From Pseudomonadota bacterium (lineage in GTDB: Bacteria; Pseudomonadota; Alphaproteobacteria; RF32; CAG-239): a stretch of 64,000 nucleotides of DNA. Below, in pieces: positions 50,782 through 63,400 of the stretch (the first letter of the stretch is position 1; each line of letters starts with the position of its first letter). The position numbers and the translations under genes are program-made. The stretch is taken from NCBI GenBank assembly GCA_918234285.1, contig CAKJXZ020000012.1:35050-99049 (forward strand). The letters are read 5' to 3'. The notes below the pieces were generated by a model, which ran no database searches, was not told where the DNA came from, and saw nothing but the letters and a program-made list of their open reading frames with translations.

Positions 50782-51213
50782 TGGAACGTAATCAGGAGGA
50801 GTAACACAGTATTTTGCTGCATGCATTTCATTTTCGGAAAAATCTTCTATTTTTCGATAATTGTATTCTAATATGCGTAGGCAATCTGGCATAAATAAAC
50901 CTTTTATTACATATGTGTAATATTCTTTCTTTTTTTCGTTACGCCATGTAACATCGCACAACAGGGTAATGTGGTCTTGTTTATTTTCAACAAGTTCACA
51001 TTCCCCTGTGCTATCAACAAGATTTTTATCTAATGGTGTTCTAAAATCAATTGTTTTAGGTGTCAAATAAGTCCACCCCACAGTGCTACTCAATGGTTCT
51101 AACGGTTGATAAAAAATTGGATTAACAAACTCTTGTTTATTTACATTATCATCTGCCCGAGCATTTGCGCTTAAACTCAAAAACAGCCCTAAAATCAAAA
51201 CCAACTTTTTCAT
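50767..51213 (-). CDS. Exported protein, candidate immunity for B3 (convergent, overlapping)
   Basis: GGAG RBS; signal MKKLVLILGLFLSLSANARA; 4 Cys; own TTGACT promoter-like sequence at 51266; 15-nt 3' overlap with the muramidase remnant. Confidence 0.7.
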   Translation of the reverse strand: MKKLVLILGLFLSLSANARADDNVNKQEFVNPIFYQPLEPLSSTVGWTYLTPKTIDFRTPLDKNLVDSTGECELVENKQDHITLLCDVTWRNEKKKEYYTYVIKGLFMPDCLRILEYNYRKIEDFSENEMHAAKYCVTPPDYVPSESD

Positions 51214-51287
51214 TTTTATACTCCATAAAATTGTAATTATAATAAAATATATATTGAAAAAGTCAACAAAGGATTATCCTTAACCGA

Positions 51288-51335
51288 TACAAACTTTTGG
51301 GGCGGCTCGCCGGAAAACAACTACGGCTTCGGCAC
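51288..51335 (+). repeat. Minimal remnant of the conserved core (right end of locus B)
   Basis: TACAAACTTTTGGGGCGGCTCGCCGGAAAACAACTACGGCTTCGGCAC = TNFWGGSPENNYGFG. Confidence 0.9.
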
Positions 51336-51472
51336 GTAAAAATCCGGCGGCGGTTGATAAAACGCAAAAAAATGCTTTACAAATCAAAAAAACGTGATAT
51401 ATGTGTTGACAACATAACAATATTATCAAAAGTGGAGCTGCAAAGCCCCGCTTTTTTATTAAAGGATAAACG

Positions 51473-51970
51473 ATGCAAAAACACTATTTACAGGACCTTA
51501 TCGAGCCGGTGGTGGAAAAAGAGGGCTTTGAACTGGTGCGCGTTTTGACTATCGGACAGGCAAATCCGACGCTGCAGGTGATGATTGATAAGCTTGACGG
51601 CACGGATATCACGGTAGAAGATTGCGCAACCGTCAGTCAGGCACTGTCCGCCGTATTGGATGAGAAAGATCCGATTGAAAATCGCTATTCGCTTGAAGTC
51701 AGTTCGCCGGGGCTCGACCGTCCGTTGACCAAACCGCAACACTTTGAGCGTTGGAAAGGTTTTGAAGCTAAAATCGAAACAGCGGAAAAAGTTGAAAATC
51801 GTAAGCGCTTCAAAGGGAAAATATCCGACGTTGCCGATGATAATATCGTCATTACGGCGGAAGAAGGACAATACACAATTCCGTTTGCTCTTATCAATAA
51901 GGCAAAATTGGTGGTTACCGACGAATTGTGGGAGCAATACATGGCAGCGCATCAAGCTGCGGAATTTTAA
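51473..51970 (+). CDS. rimP: Ribosome maturation factor RimP
   Basis: ITVEDCATVS, YSLEVSSPGLDRPL, RKRFKG; upstream of nusA. Confidence 0.97.
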   Translation: MQKHYLQDLIEPVVEKEGFELVRVLTIGQANPTLQVMIDKLDGTDITVEDCATVSQALSAVLDEKDPIENRYSLEVSSPGLDRPLTKPQHFERWKGFEAKIETAEKVENRKRFKGKISDVADDNIVITAEEGQYTIPFALINKAKLVVTDELWEQYMAAHQAAEF

Positions 51971-51995
51971 ATTTTTTTGAAAGGTAGTAAAAAAA

Positions 51996-53555
51996 ATGGA
52001 AACTTATGAAAATATGCCGAGACCGGAAATTGTGGCAGTTGCCGATGCGGTGGCTCGCGATAAAAATATTGATAAAGAAGACGTTTTTGTGGCAATGGAA
52101 GTTGCCATTCAAAAAGCCGGCCGTACCAAATACGGTAAAGAGCACGATGTACGTGTTTCTATTGACCGCAAAACCGGTGCAATCGCTTTGTCGCGCTATC
52201 GTGAAGTGGTGGCCGATGATGCGATTATCGAAAACGAAGCGGCACAAATTCCGCTCAGCATAGCCAAAACCTACAACAAAAAGTATAAAGTCGGCGATTT
52301 TATCATTGATCCGTTGCCGCCGATTGATTTCGGCCGTATTGCCGCTCAAACCGCACGTCAGGTAATCATGCAAAAGGTACGTGAAGCCGAGCGTAATAAG
52401 CAATATGAAGAATATAAAGAAAAAGTCGGTACCATCATTAACGGTACGGTTAAAAAAGTTGAGCAGAACAGCTACGGCAATATCAGCAGTGTGGTGCTGG
52501 AAATCGGCAACAAAAATGATGAGGCCGTTTTGCGCTACAACGAAATCATTCCGAGGGAAAAATTCAAAAACGGCGATCGCGTTCGCGCTTATTTGCTCGA
52601 TGTTCGTCGCGAAGTAAAAGGTCCGCAGATTTTCTTAAGCCGTACCTGTCCGGAATTTATGGCTAAACTGTTCACGCAGGAAGTTGCTGAAATTTATGAC
52701 GGCGTGGTGCAGATTATGGGTGTGGCTCGTGATCCGGGTTCTAAAGCTAAAATCGCGGTAAAAGCTAATGATAAGACGATTGATCCGGTCGGTGCCTGCG
52801 TCGGTTTGCGCGGTATCAGAGTTCAAGCTGTTGTCAGCGAATTGCAAGGCGAAAAAATCGATATCGTTCAATATTCTGACGATAAGGCCCAATACATTGT
52901 TAATGCTTTGGCTCCGGCGGAAGTTATCAAGGTGGTTTTGGATGAAGAAAACAATCGTATTGAAGTGGTGGTTTCCGAAGAAGAGTTCTCCAAGGCCATC
53001 GGTCGTCACGGCCAAAACGTTAAGCTTGCCTCTCAGCTTTTGGGCTGCAACATCGATGTTATGACCGAAGAACAGGAACAGGAACGTCGCTCCAACGAAA
53101 ATAAAGTTCGCACGCAACGCTTTATGGAAGCTCTTGATGTTGATGACATGATTGCTCACCTGTTGGTGGCCGAAGGCTTTACCACGGTTGACGAAGTGGC
53201 TTATGTTGAACAGAGCGAATTGGCGGAAATTGAAGGCTTTGATGAAGATATTGCCGCCGAGTTGCAATCGCGCGCCAAGGAATTTATTGCCGCTCGCGAT
53301 AAAGAATTCAACGCCAAGAGTAAAGCTCTTAAGATTGACGAGAATATGAAATCGGTTGAAGGTTTGGAGCCGGAAATGATTATCACTCTGGCGGAAAAAG
53401 GCGTTAAGAACCTTGAAGACTTGGCTGATTTGGCCGCCGATGAGCTGATTGAAATGCTCGGCGCGGAAATTATTTCCGAAAACGAAGCCAACGAAATCAT
53501 TATGTCGGCGCGTCGTCAGGCCGGTTGGTTTGATGATGAACAAACCGAGGAATAA
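51996..53555 (+). CDS. nusA: Transcription termination factor NusA
   Basis: FGRIAAQTARQVI, LSRT, ARDPGSKAKIAV, DPVGACVG, AIGRHGQNV. Confidence 0.98.
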   Translation: METYENMPRPEIVAVADAVARDKNIDKEDVFVAMEVAIQKAGRTKYGKEHDVRVSIDRKTGAIALSRYREVVADDAIIENEAAQIPLSIAKTYNKKYKVGDFIIDPLPPIDFGRIAAQTARQVIMQKVREAERNKQYEEYKEKVGTIINGTVKKVEQNSYGNISSVVLEIGNKNDEAVLRYNEIIPREKFKNGDRVRAYLLDVRREVKGPQIFLSRTCPEFMAKLFTQEVAEIYDGVVQIMGVARDPGSKAKIAVKANDKTIDPVGACVGLRGIRVQAVVSELQGEKIDIVQYSDDKAQYIVNALAPAEVIKVVLDEENNRIEVVVSEEEFSKAIGRHGQNVKLASQLLGCNIDVMTEEQEQERRSNENKVRTQRFMEALDVDDMIAHLLVAEGFTTVDEVAYVEQSELAEIEGFDEDIAAELQSRAKEFIAARDKEFNAKSKALKIDENMKSVEGLEPEMIITLAEKGVKNLEDLADLAADELIEMLGAEIISENEANEIIMSARRQAGWFDDEQTEE

Positions 53556-53576
53556 AAAGTTATAAAGGCAGCGACA

Positions 53577-54152
53577 ATGGCTAAGGAAACGGAAATGAGA
53601 AAATGCGTGCTGACGGGTAATGTTTTGCCTAAAGACGAGCTGCTGCGTTTCGTTTTGTTGAAAGACGGCACGGTTTTGCCCGATTTCAATAAAAAACTGG
53701 ACGGGAACGGCTTTTATCTTTCCAATTCCAAAGCGTTGTTGCAGGGGTTGTCGGCCAAGACCAATCCGCTGAATAAAATTCTGCACACCAAAACGGTTAT
53801 GGCGGAAGATTTACCGCAAATCGTCGAGCAGATTTTATATAAGCGCGGACTTGATGCCCTCAACCTTGCCCGCAAGGCCGGAGATTTGGTTTCGGGGTTT
53901 GAAAAAGTAAAAGAAATTATAGCAAAAGGTAAGGCAGCCTTTGTGATTGAAGCAACAGATGCCGGAGATGACGGTAAGCAGAAAATCGCAGCAATGTCTA
54001 AAGATGTGGAAAAATTTATTATATACGATGTCGCCGCTTTAAGCAAAGCACTTAATCGTGAAAATACGGTGCATTTGGCGGTTAAAAAAGGCCCGATGAG
54101 CACGATGGTGCGCAATGCTTTGTTGCGATATCAGACATTTTTGAATGCTTAA
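53577..54152 (+). CDS. YlxR/DUF448 domain fused to an L7Ae-like domain
   Basis: [23 protein letters not shown]; [17 protein letters not shown]; lies between nusA and infB. Confidence 0.88.
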   Translation: MAKETEMRKCVLTGNVLPKDELLRFVLLKDGTVLPDFNKKLDGNGFYLSNSKALLQGLSAKTNPLNKILHTKTVMAEDLPQIVEQILYKRGLDALNLARKAGDLVSGFEKVKEIIAKGKAAFVIEATDAGDDGKQKIAAMSKDVEKFIIYDVAALSKALNRENTVHLAVKKGPMSTMVRNALLRYQTFLNA

Positions 54153-54169
54153 ACGGAGAAAAAGTTATA

Positions 54170-56698
54170 ATGACAGAAGAAAGTGCAAAGGGAAAATTAA
54201 CGTTAAAGAAAACCCTTACATTGAAAACGGTAGCCAAACCGACGCCGGCGGATGGTAAGAAGGTGGTGCAGGTTGAGGTGCGTAAAAAACGTACCATAAA
54301 TACGGCTCCGCAAGCGTCTGCGCCAAAAGAAATCGACGAGGCTACGGCACAAAAACTCAAACTGTTGGCCGAAGCCAAGGAATATGAGGCTAAACGTAAG
54401 CAGGAGGAAGAGGCCAAAGAAGCTCATCGCCGCAAACAGCAAGCCGCAAAACAAGAAAAAATGGAGCAGAAGCGTCTAGCAGAGGAGGCGGAACAGGCCG
54501 CTGCCGAGCAAAAGGCTACGGAAGAAGCCGAGGCCAAAAAAGCTGCGGACAAAGCGGCCAAAGAGGCAAAAGAAGCCTCCGAGAAAAAAGCTCGCGAAGA
54601 AAGCCAATCCGTCGCCGAACATCGCGCCAAAAAAATGAAAGATTATAACGACGACGATGAAGATGACGAGGACGAGTCTTATCGCAAAAAAGGCAAAAAA
54701 ACTACAGTAAATACAGAAAAACATACTCTGACGCGCGAAGAAACCTTTGAACAGGAACGCAAAAAGATTCAGAAACGCACTTTTGAGCCGCAACGTCGCA
54801 ACAATAAAATAAGCGCCAATAATTATATGATTGGCGGCGGAGACGAAGATGACGATGATTACGGCTACGGTGCCCCGCATCGTCGCTTTAAGAAAAAACA
54901 ACCGAAACCGGTACAGCAGGCTCCGGTTCCGCAGGAAAAAGTGGTACACGAGGTAATAATTCCGGAAACCATTACGGTACAGGAACTGGCCAACCGTATG
55001 GCAGAAAAGAGTTCCGATGTGATTAAGCGCCTGATGTCGATGGGAGTGATGGTAACGATTAACCAGCCGATTGATGCCGATACGGCACAGATTATCGTTG
55101 AAGATATGGGACATATTGCCAAGCGCGTTGCCGACAGCGATGTGGAAGAAGGGCTTGACGGTCCGGAAGATACGGCAGAAGATTTGTTGCCGCGTGCTCC
55201 GATTGTTACGGTTATGGGGCACGTTGACCATGGTAAAACTTCGCTGTTGGATGCCTTGCGCGAAACCAACGTGGTGGCCAAAGAAGCCGGCGGTATTACG
55301 CAACATATCGGTGCTTACCAGATTACGCTGGAAAGCGGTCAAAAAATTACCTTTATTGATACCCCGGGTCACGAAGCGTTTTCGGAAATGCGTGCCCGTG
55401 GGGCGCAGGTAACCGATATTGTGGTGCTGGTGGTGGCGGCCAACGACGGTATTATGCCGCAAACGGTGGAGGCTATTCGTCACGCACAGGCTGCAAATGT
55501 GCCGATTGTGGTGGCAATTAATAAAATCGATTTACCGGGGGCCGACCCGATGCGGGTTAAGACCGAATTGTTGCAATACGGTATCGGTGTTGAGGAAATG
55601 GGCGGTGAGTCGCTCTGTGCCGAGATTTCCGCCAAAAAGCGCATCAATATCGACAAACTGGTCGATGCCATTTTGTTGCAGGCGGAAATGCTTGATTTGA
55701 AGGCCAATCCGAACCGTACGGCACAAGGTACGGTGGTTGAGGCTAAAATGGAAAAAGGCCGCGGTTCGGTGGCAACCGTTTTGGTACAACGCGGAACTTT
55801 GCACATCGGCGATATTTTGATTGCCGGTAAGGAATGGGGACGTGTACGCGCCATGTTTAACGAACTCGGCAAAAAGGTAATGCAGGCCGGGCCGGCAACT
55901 CCGGTGGAAGTGGTAGGTTTGCAGGGTACTCCGATGGCCGGCGATACCTTTGTTATCGGTAAAGACGAAAACCAGGCTCGTGAGGTAACCGGATACCGCA
56001 TCAGAAAAGAACGTGAGCTGAAGATGGTGGCCAACACCAAGTCGGCGATGGAACAGATGATGGAAAAGATAAAATCCGGCGAATCCAAACACTTATCTGT
56101 GGTAATTAAAGCAGATGTTCAAGGTTCGATTGAAGCTCTTGAAGGCTCACTCAAAAAGCTAGCCAACGACGAAGTTTCGGTGCAGATTTTGCACTCGGCG
56201 GTGGGCGGAATTTCCGAATCCGATGTGACTTTGGCGCACGCTTCCGATGCATTGATTATCGGCTTTAACGTTCGTGCTAATGCTCAGGCGCGTGATATGG
56301 CGCATCGTGACGGGGTTGATATTCGCTATTATTCGATTATTTACACCGTGGTTGATGATGTAAAGAAAGCGCTCGAGGGTATGTTGACTCCGGAATTGCG
56401 CGAAAAGATTTTGGGTTATGCGCAAATCCGCAACGTTTTCAATATTACCGGTGTGGGTAAAGTTGCCGGCTGTATGGTGACCGAAGGTCTGGTTAAACGC
56501 GGCGCCAAAGTCAGACTTTTGCGTGATAACGTGGTTATTCATGACGGTAATCTGGGACAGCTTAAACGCTATAAAGACGACGTTAAAGAAGTCAAAGAGG
56601 GTTATGAGTGCGGTATGAGTTTTGAAAATTACGGCGATATTCAGGTTAATGACTCGATTGAGTGCTACGAAGTTGAAGAAATTGCCAAGACACTGTAA
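54170..56698 (+). CDS. infB: Translation initiation factor IF-2
   Basis: [35 protein letters not shown]. Confidence 0.99.
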   Translation: MTEESAKGKLTLKKTLTLKTVAKPTPADGKKVVQVEVRKKRTINTAPQASAPKEIDEATAQKLKLLAEAKEYEAKRKQEEEAKEAHRRKQQAAKQEKMEQKRLAEEAEQAAAEQKATEEAEAKKAADKAAKEAKEASEKKAREESQSVAEHRAKKMKDYNDDDEDDEDESYRKKGKKTTVNTEKHTLTREETFEQERKKIQKRTFEPQRRNNKISANNYMIGGGDEDDDDYGYGAPHRRFKKKQPKPVQQAPVPQEKVVHEVIIPETITVQELANRMAEKSSDVIKRLMSMGVMVTINQPIDADTAQIIVEDMGHIAKRVADSDVEEGLDGPEDTAEDLLPRAPIVTVMGHVDHGKTSLLDALRETNVVAKEAGGITQHIGAYQITLESGQKITFIDTPGHEAFSEMRARGAQVTDIVVLVVAANDGIMPQTVEAIRHAQAANVPIVVAINKIDLPGADPMRVKTELLQYGIGVEEMGGESLCAEISAKKRINIDKLVDAILLQAEMLDLKANPNRTAQGTVVEAKMEKGRGSVATVLVQRGTLHIGDILIAGKEWGRVRAMFNELGKKVMQAGPATPVEVVGLQGTPMAGDTFVIGKDENQAREVTGYRIRKERELKMVANTKSAMEQMMEKIKSGESKHLSVVIKADVQGSIEALEGSLKKLANDEVSVQILHSAVGGISESDVTLAHASDALIIGFNVRANAQARDMAHRDGVDIRYYSIIYTVVDDVKKALEGMLTPELREKILGYAQIRNVFNITGVGKVAGCMVTEGLVKRGAKVRLLRDNVVIHDGNLGQLKRYKDDVKEVKEGYECGMSFENYGDIQVNDSIECYEVEEIAKTL

Positions 56699-56706
56699 GT
56701 TATAAC

Positions 56707-56737
56707 CGTCATTCTGAGGCAAAAGCCGAAGAATCTC
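56707..56737. repeat. Half copy of the GTCATTC-type REP-like element
   Basis: CGTCATTCTGAGGCAAAAGCCGAAGAATCTC; related to 29482-29540. Confidence 0.5.
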
Positions 56738-56756
56738 GAGAGAAAGAGAGGAAATT

Positions 56757-57143
56757 ATGGCTCGTGAATTATCGAACAGACAGCTGCGTGTGGGGCAGGA
56801 GGTGCGTCGCGTGATTGCCGAGGCAATCGAGCAGGATAACGTGCGCTCGCCGGAAATTGCCGAGGCATTTATCACGATTACGAATGTGATTATGTCGCCG
56901 GATTTGAAGTATGCCACCGTATATTTAACCACCTTAAACGGCAAAAATTTGGGGGCGATTTTGGAACAACTGGCGGCGGATAAGTGGCTGTTCAAAAAGC
57001 TGGTGGCGGATAAGTTGAAACTGCGCTTTACGCCGGAAATCAACTTCCGCGCCGATGATACATTTGAAGAAACCGAACGCATCGAGCGCCTGATGAACGA
57101 CCCGAAGGTAAAGGCTGATTTAAGTAAGCCGGCGGAGGAATAA
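56757..57143 (+). CDS. rbfA: Ribosome-binding factor A
   Basis: RQLRVGQEVRR, MSPDLKYATVY, LRFTPEINFRADDTF. Confidence 0.97.
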   Translation: MARELSNRQLRVGQEVRRVIAEAIEQDNVRSPEIAEAFITITNVIMSPDLKYATVYLTTLNGKNLGAILEQLAADKWLFKKLVADKLKLRFTPEINFRADDTFEETERIERLMNDPKVKADLSKPAEE

Positions 57144-57268
57144 TGGACTATATTTTTGCATATATGGCTTCTGCCGATATAATGTATTGGTTTTTCGGCA
57201 TAGTATTTGCATTGTTTCTACTTGCGGTTATAATCTATTTATTTGATCGCAGCGGCGGATATTTTTAA
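57143..57268 (+). CDS. 41-aa single-pass membrane protein coupled to rbfA
   Basis: TAATG overlap with GGAGG RBS; MDYIFAYMASADIMYWFFGIVFALFLLAVIIYLFDRSGGYF. Confidence 0.5.
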   Translation: MDYIFAYMASADIMYWFFGIVFALFLLAVIIYLFDRSGGYF

Positions 57269-57476
57269 GGTAAAAAATCGACGATAAAGCCCTTGAAAAC
57301 TAAGGATAGTTTTCCTTTTGGTATCTACACGATTTTAATTGATTCTTAATCATTTATGTGCTAGCATATAAGGGAGTTTGAGCTTTTTAAAATACCTGTA
57401 TTGTGCACGGGGTACAATACATGGATATGATAAGAGTAATGTGCCTTTATTGCAGATATTATTGGAGGACTGGATT

Positions 57477-60400
57477 ATGAGATATACGCGTACGGCCATC
57501 GGGCTTTTAACACGGCAGTATCGTAGTGTTTTAAGAAAATGTTGGCTTATGAACATCGGACTGTTCGCGCTTGGTGCAATAGCAACTTCTGTACCGACTT
57601 CGGCGATGGCTGAAGTGGCGGATTTGTCCTCGACGATTGATAAAATCAGCGCTGAATCACTTAACTATTTGACCTCGACATCAGGGCACGGGCATTACAC
57701 CTTGTCTACGAACCAGGGCCAAAATGAGCGCAGCGTGATAATTAACGGCACAACCTACTATTACAGTCCGGGGAATGATACGACAGTTATCAACTTGGCG
57801 AACACCGGCGGTGCGGCACTCGAAGAAGTCACAGACCAAAGTAAAATCGCCGCCGGAGAATATGTATTTACTTTTGGTGATAAATACTACTCCTACAATA
57901 CCTCCAAACTTGCAAAATCCGGAATAAAAATCAAACAAGTTGCCAAAACTTCGGTTGATTATATGAGCGGAAGTCACGGACAATACACTTTAGCTACGAC
58001 CAAGGGTTCCAATACGAACAGCGTGATAATTAGCGGCACAACCTATTGGTATACACCGAATGAGGGCGATACGGCAATTGTTGATTTGGCGGCCAATGCC
58101 GGTGCGGTGCTCGAAGCGGTTACAGGTACAGGAGATTATGTTTTCAAAATTGACAACGGCGATACCACCTACACCTACTATACCTACGATACCTCCAAGT
58201 TGGTAACGCAAACAAAAATCAATGGCACGGATAAAAACTACTATGCTATCTCGCACGAAACCCCGAGCGGATATACGAAAGGTACCAACCCGACACCGCC
58301 GGCAGTAACCGATCGGAAGTATTACACCGGATCTAGCGGCAGTGCTGCGGGTGAAGGTGGCGGTATATCCGTTAAAAACTCTATTTCGGATATAACGGCA
58401 GATATCTACAACAACTCCAACAGTGCTGCCGCGGCTTCGTCCGGCGGACTTTTCCATAATGGCGGAACGATTACCAATTTAACCGCCGATTTTTATCAAA
58501 ATACAGCGAATTATGATGGCGGTGCTTTGCGTAACAATAGCGGAAGTATAACGAATATTACCGGTGATTTCGTCGGGAACAGTATAGCGAACGGCGATGG
58601 CGGTGCTATAGCTGTTCGAAAAGACACAATCAGGAACATCTCCGGTAATTTTATTAATAATCATGCTGATACCGGAACCAAAAACGGCGGTGCCATACAC
58701 TTTAGGGGCGGCGGAAGCGGTGCGTCAATTTCAGGTAATTTCACCGGAAATACCGCTAATATGTATGGTGGTGCCATAAACAACGGAACATATATTGATA
58801 AAGGATCGCTTCTGTCTGATCCTACTAACATAGCCAGTATTACCGGTAGTTTTACGGACAATAAAGCAACCAACGCTGCGGGCGGTGCCATAAACAATGG
58901 TGCTAAAAAGGATAGTACCGGCAGTATCAACAATATTAATGCGACATTCGTCCACAATACGGCCGGTACATTCGGCGGTGCGATTCATAATGCAAGTACT
59001 ATCGGAAGTGAAGACAGCGGTGGAATAAGCGGTGGTTTCTACTCAAACAGCGCAACGAAGGGTGGTGCGATTTACAACTCAGGAACAACCTACAGAGCAA
59101 ATGCTGATTTTCAGCAGAACAGTGCGACTGAGGAAGGCGGCGCGATTTATAACACCGGTACATTCGGCACCATTACCGGCAATCTCAACTCCAATACGGC
59201 CGACACAGACGGCGGCGCGATTTATAACACAGGCACAATCAGCATTGTCGGCAATGTGAGAGGCAACAGGGCTACGCAAAAAGGCGGTGCTATCTATAAC
59301 AACAACGGCACAGTCAACATTGCAATCGATGCCGACCACGATGCGATAGAGTTTTCAAACAACAAAGATAATAGCGGTTACAACGATATTTATACTAAGG
59401 GCGGCACGGTTAACCTGAACGCCGCAACCGATGATACTGTCGGCACTATAACCTTTAACGGTACGATTACCGGCACCGACGCGGCCGAAACCAATCCAGT
59501 TTATTATGCGTTGAATATGACGGGCGGTAATTATGTGTTTAACAACGCGGTGGACGCGCAAACAATTGCACTAAGTAATGTTAAATCGCTCAAATTGGGC
59601 ACGACAACACAGGCTCACCCGACCGATCCAATACAACCGGATATTACAACCAACGGCAAGCTTGCCTCGAACATCAATGCGCTTACAATTGCCAACACGG
59701 GCACCGATACGACTTTGTTTGATATGCAAAACGGCCTGATTGACAGCGTTACCGTGGCGACTTTAACGCTGAATTCGCCTGTGGCAATGGCGATTGATGC
59801 CGACCTGAGAGGTAGCGGCAGTATTGATAAGATTACGGCCTCCAATATCACTACGGAAATTACCAACAAACTGATTGTTGACGCCATAAATGTGGTTGCC
59901 GGCGGCGATATGGCTCGTGATAATATTTCGTTTACGTTGGATTCGAATTATTACACGGTTGATACCGCAAATTTGAAAATTACCGGTACCGACAATGTGT
60001 TCTTGAAAAAAACTTATGATGCCGACACCGACACGCTGACTTTGAGCACCGGTTCCATCGGGGATATCACCAAGATAATCGGTGATTGGGACAGCGGCAA
60101 CTATATTTTGAAATACAACGAAAATAGTCCTGCAACCACTTCCATCGGTGCCAACTTGCAATATTTGGATACGGCCATCGGTAAAGTGACGACCGACGGA
60201 CATTATATTAAGAAGTATGAAACGAGCGATACGGAATATACTTCTGTTGCCGATAATTTGCAGGCGCTCGACACCGCAATTTATAACACCAATGTAGAGT
60301 ATAAAGAATATGTTTACAATGAGATATGGGAGCATGTTCCGGGCATTAAGGCCATCAAAATTGATAAAGCCGGTGTGGATTCTGAGGCTTATCTTAAAGA

Positions 60401-63400
60401 TAACGCCGGACAGCACTACACGCTTTCGACAGATGGCGGCGATGATAAAAATTCGATTGTGATAGCCGAGTGGGACGGTAGTAAATATGTTAACCACACT
60501 TATTATTATACACCGAGGCCGGATGATACAACCCTTGCCGGTTTAATCTCTGACGGTTATGTCACCTTAGAAGAAGTTTCGGCATCAGATGTTGCGAACG
60601 GTGAGGAATATTTGTTTGACTACAACGGAAAATATTGGACACTTGATACGGACAAGCATTCCGGTACCAAAATTGTGGAGAGTAACGAAAACGATTATAA
60701 TTATAAAGAAGTTTTACCGGACGGCCGAACCAAATACTATAAGGTTGTTCACGTGGTGCCGAAGGGATATACGCTTGCTGACGAAAGAATTGACGCTTTA
60801 ACGGAAAGCGTTGACGAGGTTGCGTTCCATGGTTTACATAGCGAACCTCCGGCCGGAGGTGACGGGAAAACAGCCGGCGGCGGTGCAATAAGCATTAAAG
60901 GGAACATTGTAATCGATCATATTGTGGCTGACTTTAAGGATAATTATACAACGGGTAGTCAAGATTCGGCCGGTGCGTTATTTATTTCGAAAAGTTCAAC
61001 TTTGAACAACCTGACCGGCAGCTTCCAAGCCAATAAGGGCTTATATGGCGGCGTGGTGCAAAACAAAGGTAAAATCGGCGCTATTGTAGGCGACTTTATT
61101 AACAACGAAGATATCAACGGCGGGGCCGCTATTGATAACAACGGCACCATCACCATGATTAACGGCGATTTTTTAGGTAACTACGATAAAACGCCGGCCA
61201 GCTCAACAGAGTATACCGGTGGTGGAGCTATTCGTAACGTTAGGAAGGATAACTCTTATACTGCTCATATCGGAACAATTAAAGGACAATTTATTAACAA
61301 CTACGTTATGGGAACATTTGGCGGTGCAATTTTCAACCAACACCTGATTGATAACATTGACGCCAGATTTACCGGTAACTCGGCGGCAAAATCCGGCGGT
61401 GCCATTTATAATATGGCGCAATCTACCAGTGACTCTAAAGGTATCATTGAAAACATTCAGGGAACGTTTCTTGAAAATACGGCAGGTATTGACGGTGGTG
61501 CGATTTATAACAACGCAAGAAAAGAAAGCGGAACAAGTCAAAAACAGAGTGTTATTGAAAACATTGACAACACAACTTTCACAGGAAACGTTGCAAATCA
61601 TGCCGGTGGTGCGATTTATAACGGTGAATACGGTGTCATTAAGAAGATTACTGCAGACTTTACTGAAAACTATGCAGCAGACAGCGGTGGTGCTATTGCG
61701 TATTACGGCAGCAAAATAGAAGGCAAAAGTAATGATGTTGATAAAATCAGCGGTAGTTTTGTTGGAAATACAGCTGGTCAATACGGCGGCGCAATATATT
61801 TGGATAAAGCAAACGTCGCAAAAGCTTCCTTCAACTTTGCTCAAAACAAAGCAAAATATGGTGGTGCGATTGCACTGAGTAATTCATCTGTTGTGACGGA
61901 TTTGGATGCCGACTTTATAGAAAACGAGGCAACACAGGGCGGTGCGATTTATGCTGATAACAGCACAGTTTCTGCTTTAACCGGTAACTTTACGGACAAC
62001 AAAGCAACAGGGTATAAAGGCGCACAAGAAGGAGTGTGGATACAAGGCAAAGGCGGTGCGATTTATAATGACGCAAGCACGGTCAATTTGGTGGCAGATA
62101 ATAAGAATATTGCATTCTACAACAACACCATTGGTCTTAATAACACCGGGGGATTTGAATATAACGACTTATACAACAATGTCGGCAGAATTAACGTGAA
62201 TGCCGCAGAAGGACATCAAATCAGCTTCGGCGGCACGATTACCGGTGCCACGTATATCGATGAAGATACCGGTAAAACCATCATGAAAGACAACACCTTC
62301 GGTATCAACACCAATGCGGATGCGACCGGCGGTACCTATATTTTCAACAATGTTCTGGAATATCAGAATGTTTTGTGGCACAACAGCGCCTATCTCAAAT
62401 TCGGCAGTCAGGTGCAGGAAGACGGCACCACCACCTACGGTTATGTTCATGACCTCGGCACGGTGGAAATTACGCAATCACCGTATTTGTTCAAATCTTA
62501 TGATGACGAGGGCGGATATTATAACTATTGGACGTTTGATCCGGCTAAAAGCACTACGGATGTGGCTGAATATCTTGAAGACCATCCGGGCGCAACTTAT
62601 GACATGATTAATATCACTAATTTAAATAGTGATATCAAACTTGACGGTATAGATTATAAATTTATGTCGTCGCTCAATGCCGATACGTTTTCCGACCTTG
62701 TAGCCAACGCATCAACCGTGGCAGGTTCTTCTGCGGGTAGTTATGTATTTGAATACGGCGACAGCTATTGGTCAATAGGTAGTGCAACCAATAACTTGGC
62801 GATAAACAACTATCTAAATACCATATCGTCTAACTATGAATTGGATACATCTCCGACTCATATAGTAGATGAGCAGACGGTTCCGTATACAAACAGCGTT
62901 GTAATCGGCGGCATAACCTATTATTATACGCCGGATTCCGAACAGGGGCATGTTGACCCGATTGCGGACTTGATTGCCGGCGGTGCAATAGTGGAAGAAG
63001 TTTCAAAAGAAGATGCCGAAGCCGGCAGAGTTAAAGGAGTGTTCATTACTCCGGACGATAAGTATTGGACAATTTCCGCTTTGAGCAGTCAACATTATGA
63101 TTTAACCAAAATTACCGGTACGGAACAGGTAACCATCGAAAGCAGTAAGTTTATATATACGCCTGCCGACGAAGATATTGCGACCTTGACCAGAAACAGC
63201 GGCACAAAGTATTCATACGTTCAAACCGCGATTCTCGATACCATAAACGACCATCTTGAAGATAACACGATGCAAAAGTTGCACTTGAGCGGTGATGTTA
63301 AGTTAAGATTGGATGTGGATTTAGGTAATTCATATAATTTCAATAAGGACGGACTTGCTCTCGGTAACGGTGCCGATACGTTTACGACCAAAGACCGCTA

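Larger units (their letters stand above)
46645..51335 (+). other. Polymorphic toxin/immunity cassette locus B
   Basis: Lies between pit and rimP. Starts with the same 17-mer as locus A, holds three toxin-CT/immunity pairs, and ends with a 48-bp remnant of the conserved core. Confidence 0.8.

Noticed and set aside
47559-51213. Prophage lysis module
   Set aside because: No holin, spanin, structural or integrase genes; the two intact lysozyme-like domains are joined to the shared N-domain linker.
51297-51548. 83-aa ORF upstream of rimP
   Set aside because: Out-of-frame read-through of the repeat remnant and the rimP promoter region; no RBS.
52635-57082. Long minus-strand ORFs opposite nusA, infB and rbfA
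   Set aside because: Shadow ORFs of conserved housekeeping genes.
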